From the NCBI GenBank assembly GCA_963841735.1, contig CAWJDT010000001.1, forward strand, positions 832,001-896,000: a DNA stretch of 64,000 bases, in the 5' to 3' direction. The translations under genes were made by a program, and so were the position numbers. This stretch comes from an uncultured Actinomycetes bacterium (GTDB lineage Bacteria; Actinomycetota; Thermoleophilia; RBG-16-64-13). Shown one piece after another: positions 57,442-64,000 of this stretch (positions are counted from its first letter, which is position 1; the number at the start of each line of letters is the position of its first letter). The notes beneath the pieces are model-generated. The model saw only the letters and a list, made by a program, of their open reading frames with translations, had not been told where the DNA came from and did not search any database.

Positions 57442-59277
57442 TCAGGCTACAGGCAAACGCACCGTGAAGGTGGAGCCGACCCCGATAGTGCTCCGTAGCT
57501 CCACCCTACCGCCGTGGCGCTCGGCGACGTGCCGGACGATACTCAGGCCCAACCCGGTGCCTCCCGTTTCGCGCGAACGCGCTTTGTCCACCCGGTAGAA
57601 ACGTTCGAATACTCGCTGCTGATCGGCCAAGGGGATACCCACCCCATCATCGGACACGCTGAGCACTGCCCAGCGTTGGCCTTTCGCCTCCTCGTAGTTC
57701 TCAAGGCGGAGCGTGATATGCCCACCGGGTTCGGTGTAGCGCACGGCGTTCTCAAGCAGGTTGCGAACGAGGGTGCGCAGGGCGACGTCGTCGCCTCTGA
57801 CTTCCAGTCTGCCCGGGACCTCGACGGTCAGCTCGTGGCGCTTGGCTTCGGCCAGCGGCTGCGCCTCGGCGGCTATCTCCGTGGACACTAGGGCCAAGTC
57901 CACAGGGCGTAGCTCCGCCTCGGCTGCCGTCTCCTGCTCCTCCAGGCGGGACAGCGTGAGAAGGTCGTTGGTCAACTCCGTGAGCCGGCCGATCTCCTTG
58001 GCAAGACGGTCAACGAACTGCTCGGCCTGTTGGGGGTCCTCTCTCACAGCATCGTGAAGAGTCTGGGCGAGAAGCGACAATCCGGCCAGAGGCGTCTTCA
58101 GTTCGTGCGAGACGTTGGTTGCGAAATCCCGCCGCATGCGGTCGGTATTGCGCCGCGCCGTCTCGTCGCGGATGACGAAGAGCATCGGCACACCGCCCCC
58201 GCGCGCGGGCTGGGCTCCGCCGCCCGCCGCACTGGACGCAGTCAGCGGCACTACCTCGACGGTCAGCGACCGTCCCCCGGCGAGTTCCAGGACTTCGGTG
58301 ATGGGGCGGCCGGCCGCATGTGCCTTCTCTGCCAGAGACCGGGAGGGGAAAGCGCGGGCCGCCACCCCCAGGGGGCTTCCCTCCGCCTGGGAGAGGTCGA
58401 TCTGCAGGATGCGGTCGGCGGCCGGATTGCTTCGTACGAGGCGGCCTTCAGCGTTGGCGACAAGCACTCCCTCGGTCATGGCTGCCAGTACCAGGCTCGT
58501 ACGCTCCATCTCGGTCCGTAGGAGATCACTACGGGTCTCAAGCTGGGCTGCCATGCTGTTGAGAGAGTCGGCGAGCTCGCCCATTTCGTCATTTCTGCGC
58601 ACGCTCGTTCGGTGGGCAAAGTCGCCAGAGGCCACTTGGGCGGTCATATGGCCCAGACGCTGCAAGGGTTTGACTATGGAGTGGGTGAGCAGATAGGCGG
58701 CCAGGAGCGTGGGCAGCAGAAGCACGGCCCAGACGAGCAACGGTATCCGCCACGAAGCGGCGACCATGGCGTCCACGCGGCCGGCGGGCTGCGCGATGCG
58801 GACCACCCCAGACGACCAGGCCGCGTCGCCAGCGGGTAGCGGGACGGCTACGTAGACCTCCTCTTGGCCCAGGGTGGCGGAGTAGCGGCGTTCGGCCGCC
58901 TCTTGTCCGACAAGCGCCTGTGCCACCTCCGTCCGGCTACGGTGGTTGTCCAGCGAGGCCGGGTCGGCTTGCGAATCGGCGAGCACCGCGCCTTCATGGT
59001 CGATCACGGTGAAGCGGGCGTCCGCGGCGGTGCCGACCCGCACAGTGAGTGCCTGTAGGTCGAGCGGACCGGCATCTCCGCCTGCGTCGGGCGGGTCGCT
59101 CGAATCACCCAGTACCACCAGGGTGGCTGCGTACTGATGGGCCTGCCGCAACATCTCGTCTTCGAGGCGGTCGAGGAACACCCCTCGCAGCGCCAGGGCG
59201 GCGACCAGCGCCACTATCCCCGCGAAGATCAGGGTGGCGACGGCGAAGGCCAGCGGCAGTCTCCAGCGGATGCGCAT
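57442..59277 (-). CDS. phoR: PhoR-like sensor kinase
   Basis: DNHRSRTEV sensor, HAMP, PAS, VSHELKTPL, FYRVDKARSRETGGTGLGL; next to pst operon. Confidence 0.88.
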   Translation of the reverse strand: MRIRWRLPLAFAVATLIFAGIVALVAALALRGVFLDRLEDEMLRQAHQYAATLVVLGDSSDPPDAGGDAGPLDLQALTVRVGTAADARFTVIDHEGAVLADSQADPASLDNHRSRTEVAQALVGQEAAERRYSATLGQEEVYVAVPLPAGDAAWSSGVVRIAQPAGRVDAMVAASWRIPLLVWAVLLLPTLLAAYLLTHSIVKPLQRLGHMTAQVASGDFAHRTSVRRNDEMGELADSLNSMAAQLETRSDLLRTEMERTSLVLAAMTEGVLVANAEGRLVRSNPAADRILQIDLSQAEGSPLGVAARAFPSRSLAEKAHAAGRPITEVLELAGGRSLTVEVVPLTASSAAGGGAQPARGGGVPMLFVIRDETARRNTDRMRRDFATNVSHELKTPLAGLSLLAQTLHDAVREDPQQAEQFVDRLAKEIGRLTELTNDLLTLSRLEEQETAAEAELRPVDLALVSTEIAAEAQPLAEAKRHELTVEVPGRLEVRGDDVALRTLVRNLLENAVRYTEPGGHITLRLENYEEAKGQRWAVLSVSDDGVGIPLADQQRVFERFYRVDKARSRETGGTGLGLSIVRHVAERHGGRVELRSTIGVGSTFTVRLPVA

Positions 59278-60005
59278 CAGCCGGCGCCTTTCGTCCCGGC
59301 TCCTAGGCGATAGCCCACTCCGCGGACCGTCTGCAGGGTCGCCCCCGCGCCGATGTGCTCCAACTTCGCGCGCAGTCTGCGGATATGCACGTCAAGGCTG
59401 CGCGACGCGGGCGCATAGCGCTGGTGCCAGACCCGCTCGACTATCTCCTCGCGGGGGAACAGGTGGCCCGGACGCGAGAGGAGCAGCTCAAGCAAGTCGT
59501 ATTCCTTGGGGTTGAGACCGATCTCCCCTCGGGTGGCCCGCACGGCGTGAGTGTCACGGTCGAGCACCAGATCGCCGGTGGCGATCGTGGCCGTCTCCGC
59601 CGGCCCCTCGGGGAGGGCCATGCCTGCGGGGGCGCGCCGCAGGCGCGCCTGGATGCGGGCGAGCAGCACGTCGAGGTCGAAGGGTTTGGTTATGTAGTCG
59701 TCGGCCCCGGCTTGGAAGCCCTCCAGCATGGTCTCACGCTCGCTGCGTGCCGTGAGCATGATGATGGGCAGGTCGGGCTTGCGTCGTACGATCTCCCTGC
59801 TCACAGCAAGGCCGTCGAGCCCGGGGAGCATCAGGTCGAGGAGCACCAGGTCGACGTCGCTTGCGAGCGCAGTCTCAAGCCCGGTGCGGCCGTTGTGCTC
59901 CTGTAGCACCTCGTAGCCTGCCCGTTTCAGGTTGTAGGTGACAAGGTCGGAGATGGTGGCGTCGTCTTCCACCAGCAGGATGCGCTTTTCTTGCGGTTGA
60001 GCCAT
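59277..60005 (-). CDS. phoP: PhoP/PhoB-like OmpR-family response regulator
   Basis: ILLVEDD, LDLMLP, DVHIRRLRAK, TVRGVGY; divergent from pstS; start at ATG 60005. Confidence 0.85.
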   Translation of the reverse strand: MAQPQEKRILLVEDDATISDLVTYNLKRAGYEVLQEHNGRTGLETALASDVDLVLLDLMLPGLDGLAVSREIVRRKPDLPIIMLTARSERETMLEGFQAGADDYITKPFDLDVLLARIQARLRRAPAGMALPEGPAETATIATGDLVLDRDTHAVRATRGEIGLNPKEYDLLELLLSRPGHLFPREEIVERVWHQRYAPASRSLDVHIRRLRAKLEHIGAGATLQTVRGVGYRLGAGTKGAG

Positions 60006-60051
60006 CCGTCCTCCGAGCAGGAGCGCCGGGGTGGTCAGGGCGGTCCGCACA

Positions 60052-60079
60052 ATTAACCGGGCTGTAACGCAGTGTTAAC
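60052..60079 (+). promoter_or_regulatory. PHO-box-like 11-bp direct repeats
   Basis: ATTAAC (60052), TGTAAC (60063), GTTAAC (60074) at exact 11-bp period between phoP and pstS. Confidence 0.7.
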
Positions 60080-60166
60080 AACAGTTGCCTTGGGCATTGT
60101 TAGCCTACCAGACGTACGCAAAGGAAATTGGATGATGCAGCAAAGAGGAAAGCGGAGGAGACAGGA

Positions 60167-61300
60167 ATGATCTTAGGCAAGAATTCAGTGACGCGCACGA
60201 GCTTGGTCGCGGTCATGGCGATCGCGCTTCTCATGGTGGCCGCGGCGGGCATAGCCGTCGGCGGCTGCGGTGGCGGCAGTGATCTTCCCAGCGCGGGTGG
60301 CACCGCGGGCACGGCCGGTGGCATCGACACGACCCAAGGCGCTCTGACCGCCGGCCTCAACGGTGCCGGCGCCACCTTTCCCGAACCGCTGTACGTGGAA
60401 TGGGTCGGCGAGTTCCAGCTGGGCAACCCTGACGTGACCATCAACTATCAGGGTATAGGTTCCGGGGGCGGCATCGAGCAGTTCACCAAGCTGACTGTCG
60501 ACTTCGGCGCTTCCGACGCTCCTATGAAGGACGAAGAGCTTGCGGCTGCTGAGGCCTCCGGCGGAGCCAAAGTCCTGCACATCCCCACTGTGTTCGGCGC
60601 CGTGGTGCTGGCCTACAACCTCGACGGTGTGGACGAGCTCAAACTTGACGCCGACACTCTGGCGGCCATCTTCCTGGGCAACGTCACCAACTGGGACGAT
60701 CCCGCGGTCGCGGCTCTCAATCCGGGGGCCACCCTGCCTGACAAAGCCATTCAGGTGGTCCACCGCTCCGACTCGTCGGGTACCACCAACATCTTCACCG
60801 GCTACCTAGCCAAGGCATCCAGCGAATGGGCCGGCAAGGTGGGCGAAGGTAAAGAAGTGCAATGGCCCGTGGGCGTCGGCGGCCAGGGCAACGACGGCGT
60901 GGCCGCTGTGGTGCAGCAGCAGACCGGCAGCATCGGGTACGTGGAATATTCCTATGCGAGCGAGTCGGGGCTGAGTATGGCGACTCTCAAGAACAAGTCG
61001 GGCAACTTCATCGTGCCAAGCCTGGAAGCCACCTCGGCCGCCGCGGTCGGCGTGACCTTTCCCGCCGACCTGCGCTTCTCGGTGAGCGACAGCGAAGGAG
61101 CCCAGGCCTACCCCATCGTGGGCGCCACCTGGATACTGGCGTTTGAGAAGATGAGCGATCCCGCCAAGGCGGCAGCCTTGAAGGCCTGGCTTACCTGGTC
61201 ACTGAATGACGGGACGGCCATCGCCCAGGAACTCGGCTACGCTCCTCTCTCGGAGGAATTGAAAGCTCTTGCTCAAGCGAAGATTGACTCCATCAACTGA
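60167..61300 (+). CDS. pstS: Phosphate ABC transporter substrate-binding lipoprotein
   Basis: GAGATFP, IGSGGG, DFGASD, HRSDSSGTT, AYPI; lipobox VGGC. Confidence 0.95.
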   Translation: MILGKNSVTRTSLVAVMAIALLMVAAAGIAVGGCGGGSDLPSAGGTAGTAGGIDTTQGALTAGLNGAGATFPEPLYVEWVGEFQLGNPDVTINYQGIGSGGGIEQFTKLTVDFGASDAPMKDEELAAAEASGGAKVLHIPTVFGAVVLAYNLDGVDELKLDADTLAAIFLGNVTNWDDPAVAALNPGATLPDKAIQVVHRSDSSGTTNIFTGYLAKASSEWAGKVGEGKEVQWPVGVGGQGNDGVAAVVQQQTGSIGYVEYSYASESGLSMATLKNKSGNFIVPSLEATSAAAVGVTFPADLRFSVSDSEGAQAYPIVGATWILAFEKMSDPAKAAALKAWLTWSLNDGTAIAQELGYAPLSEELKALAQAKIDSIN

Positions 61301-62255
61301 CCCCAACCTCGTCCCCGCCGGGACTGCGTCCGCAGGAACCTGGCAGCGGAAGGGAGTCGGCCGCAGGGCCGATTCCCTGTTCGCCATCTTTGCCGCGCTC
61401 TCCGGGGTGCTTGTCTTGCTGGTGCTGGGCTGGATGGTCGTTTCCACCACGGGTACGGCACTGCCCGTCTTCAGGTCGCAGGGCATCTCCTTTATTACCG
61501 GCAGTGAGTGGAGCCCAAGCAAGGGGCAGTTCGGCAGTCTCGCGTTCGTCTACGGCACAGTGATCACCTCGGTCATCGCCCTTCTCATCGCCGTGCCTCT
61601 CAGCCTGGGCGTCGCCTTGTTCCTCACCGAGTACTCCCCCAAGAGGTTGAAAGGGCCCATCGGCTTTGCCGTGGACCTGCTGGCGGCCGTTCCCAGCGTC
61701 ATCTACGGACTATGGGGAGTCTTCGTTCTTCTCCCGCTCTTTCTGCAGCCGGTTTCGGACTTCTTGGCTCACAACCTAGGGTTCATCCCCATCTTCAAGG
61801 GTCCCGCCTCGGGCTTGTCGTACTTCGGTGCGGGGGTGGTCCTGGCCATCATGATCACGCCTATCATCACGTCCCTTTGCCGGGAGGTCTTTGAGACGGT
61901 TCCCAATGCCGACCGACAGGCCGCTTACGCGCTGGGGGCGACCAAGTGGGAGATGATCCGCCAGGTCGTGCTACCACGCGGGCGAGCGGGGATCGTGGGA
62001 GCGGTCATGCTTGGTCTCGGCCGCGCACTGGGCGAGACCATCGCAGTCGCTCTGATCATAGGCTCCGCCGCCAAGATCGACGCCTCCTGGCTGAAGCCCG
62101 GCTATACCATGGCCGCCGTCATCGCCAACCAGTTCCAGGAGGCCACTGGCGACCACATCAGGGCGCTGGTGGGGGTTGGAGTGGTTCTGTTCGTGATGAC
62201 CATAGTCGTCAACATGGGCGCCCGGGCGCTCGTGTGGAGGTTCAACCGGGTATGA
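61269..62255 (+). CDS. pstC: Phosphate ABC transporter permease
   Basis: LAAVPSVIYGLWG, LGRALGETIAV; TTG start inside pstS 3' end, exact start uncertain. Confidence 0.92.
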   Translation: MLKRRLTPSTDPNLVPAGTASAGTWQRKGVGRRADSLFAIFAALSGVLVLLVLGWMVVSTTGTALPVFRSQGISFITGSEWSPSKGQFGSLAFVYGTVITSVIALLIAVPLSLGVALFLTEYSPKRLKGPIGFAVDLLAAVPSVIYGLWGVFVLLPLFLQPVSDFLAHNLGFIPIFKGPASGLSYFGAGVVLAIMITPIITSLCREVFETVPNADRQAAYALGATKWEMIRQVVLPRGRAGIVGAVMLGLGRALGETIAVALIIGSAAKIDASWLKPGYTMAAVIANQFQEATGDHIRALVGVGVVLFVMTIVVNMGARALVWRFNRV

Positions 62256-63190
62256 GCGGAAACCGCGACACCATCTCAGGCGCCACCGAGGCCGGGCGGT
62301 GGGCCGGCACTAGGATCGGCCCGGGCGTCTCGCTCAAAGACTGCCGGCCCACCCGCCGCCGTGTTTGGCGCAATCGAAGGAACACCACGTTCGTCTTGCT
62401 GGCTGTCGGTCTCACCATGATCCCGGTGGTGCTGATCCTCTATCAGGTGATCGCGAAGGGCATCGCCACCATGGGATGGGAGTTTCTCACCAGCTCTATG
62501 CCGCTCAGTTTTCGCCGGGAGGGCGGTGGCTTCCTGAACGGACTCGTGGGCACGGGCATCATGGTGGGGCTGGCGGCAGCGGTCTCGATACCGCTGGGCA
62601 TCCTGGCCGCGGTCTATCTGACGGAGTATGGCAAGAAGAACTGGCTGGCCAAGCTCGTCCGCTTCTTCTCGGACGTCATGACCGGCGTGCCCTCGGTCTT
62701 TGTGGGCCTCTTCGTCTACACCGCGCTGGTCATACAATTCGGTTTCGGGGCACTGATGGGCGCGGCCGCCTTGGCCATCATCATGATGCCCATCATCGTG
62801 CGTTCCACCGAGGAGATGCTCAAGCTGGTCCCGCCCGAACTCAAGGACGCAAGCTATGCCTTGGGCGCGGCCAAGTGGCAGACCGTCACCAAGGTGGTTC
62901 TTCCGTCGGCCGCCCCGGGCATCACCACCGGGGTGATGCTGGCGGTAGCCAGGGCCGCGGGAGAGACGGCCCCTCTTATCCTCACCGCCTTGGGCGCCTA
63001 CCAGCTGACGGCGAAGTTGTGGGGAGCGCCGATCTCATCGCTGACGCTGGCCATCTACGACGGCGCCAGAAACCCGTTCGCGGCTGGGCAGGCCAGGGCC
63101 TGGGCGGGGGCGCTTGAACTGCTAATCATCGTGCTGGTGTTCACTGTCGTGGCCCGCGTGGTGGCCTCAAGGAGCCGGATATCAAGATGA
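62252..63190 (+). CDS. pstA: Phosphate ABC transporter permease
   Basis: [20 protein letters not shown]; start at ATG 62252. Confidence 0.92.
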   Translation: MSGNRDTISGATEAGRWAGTRIGPGVSLKDCRPTRRRVWRNRRNTTFVLLAVGLTMIPVVLILYQVIAKGIATMGWEFLTSSMPLSFRREGGGFLNGLVGTGIMVGLAAAVSIPLGILAAVYLTEYGKKNWLAKLVRFFSDVMTGVPSVFVGLFVYTALVIQFGFGALMGAAALAIIMMPIIVRSTEEMLKLVPPELKDASYALGAAKWQTVTKVVLPSAAPGITTGVMLAVARAAGETAPLILTALGAYQLTAKLWGAPISSLTLAIYDGARNPFAAGQARAWAGALELLIIVLVFTVVARVVASRSRISR

Positions 63191-64000
63191 CATACGAGGA
63201 TTTGGAACCGGTGGGCGCGGGCGGCTCGGACGGCACGGAGGTCAGCATTCCTTCGCTGGCCGGCGTTGCCACGAGAGGCGAGGAGGGGACCTCTACCGGA
63301 TCGGGCGAGAAGCCGGTGTTCACCATCCGTGACCTGAACGTGCACTATGGCAAGAGCATCGCCCTCAAGGGTGTCACCATGGACATCCGACCACGCCGCA
63401 TCACGGCCATCATCGGCCCTTCTGGGTGCGGCAAGAGTACCCTCATTCGCTGTTTCAATCGCATGAACGAGTTGATCCCAGGAGCCAAGGTCTCCGGCGA
63501 GGTCCGTTACCACGGCGAGGATATCTACGGCCCCGGGGTCGACCCCGTGGTTGTGCGGCGTCACATCGGCATGGTGTTCCAACGTCCCAACCCCTTTCCC
63601 AAGTCCATCTACGAGAATGTGGCCTTTGGGGCCAAGATCAACGGCTACAAAGGGGATATGGACGAGCTTGTCGAGAAGTCACTACGTCGCGCCGCATTGT
63701 GGGATGAGGTGAAGAACACGCTGAAGAAGAGCGCTCTTGACCTCTCGGGCGGGCAACAACAGCGTCTGTGCATCGCGCGCGCGATCGCGGTGGAGCCCGA
63801 CGTGATCCTCATGGACGAGCCCGCGTCGGCGTTGGACCCTATCGCCACCACTAGGATCGAAGACCTCATGCAGGAGCTCAAGCAGGACTACTCGATAATC
63901 ATCGTCACGCACAACATGCAGCAGGCCGCCCGCGTATCGGACGAGACCGCCTTCCTCTACACTGAGGTCGATGAGGCCACCTCGGCTCGTTGGGGCATAT
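63187..64000 (+). CDS. pstB: Phosphate ABC transporter ATPase (runs off window end)
   Basis: Translated by hand: [54 protein letters not shown]. Confidence 0.95.
   Translation, partial: MTYEDLEPVGAGGSDGTEVSIPSLAGVATRGEEGTSTGSGEKPVFTIRDLNVHYGKSIALKGVTMDIRPRRITAIIGPSGCGKSTLIRCFNRMNELIPGAKVSGEVRYHGEDIYGPGVDPVVVRRHIGMVFQRPNPFPKSIYENVAFGAKINGYKGDMDELVEKSLRRAALWDEVKNTLKKSALDLSGGQQQRLCIARAIAVEPDVILMDEPASALDPIATTRIEDLMQELKQDYSIIIVTHNMQQAARVSDETAFLYTEVDEATSARWGI

Overview
High-GC bacterial chromosome segment with about 50 CDSs and one tRNA-Arg(CCT). The gene content suggests an anaerobic Actinomycetota (Thermoleophilia-like) organism; this is inference only. Main blocks in order: (1) DUF2207 and PCI/zinc-ribbon membrane genes; (2) an HTH-only ModE regulator with a ModE-box palindrome ahead of a FecCD-type ABC/DUF364/FmdE/NTPase operon; (3) tandem VanW paralogs, birA-bioY-uppP, a two-component system, htrA and pcm; (4) tRNA-Arg followed by a DUF6777 protein, two convergent hybrid kinases sharing a closely similar output module, and TetR-MMPL; (5) a tightly coupled rex-REC-hydCBA-[FeFe]-hydrogenase/histidine kinase-REC-hybrid kinase operon with tandem Rex-like boxes; (6) a ~2460 aa Sec-exported Rhs toxin with DNRLRE, beta-helix and three CWB2 repeats and an Ntox44-like tip, followed only by lipoprotein-like genes; (7) a 5'-nucleotidase, phoR-phoP and pstSCAB with PHO-box repeats. 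The strongest candidates for an undescribed system are the Rhs locus, the NADH plus H2 sensing hydrogenase operon and the ModE-controlled uptake operon. No CRISPR array, rRNA, integrase or transposase was seen. All family calls come from motif recognition by eye, not database searches.
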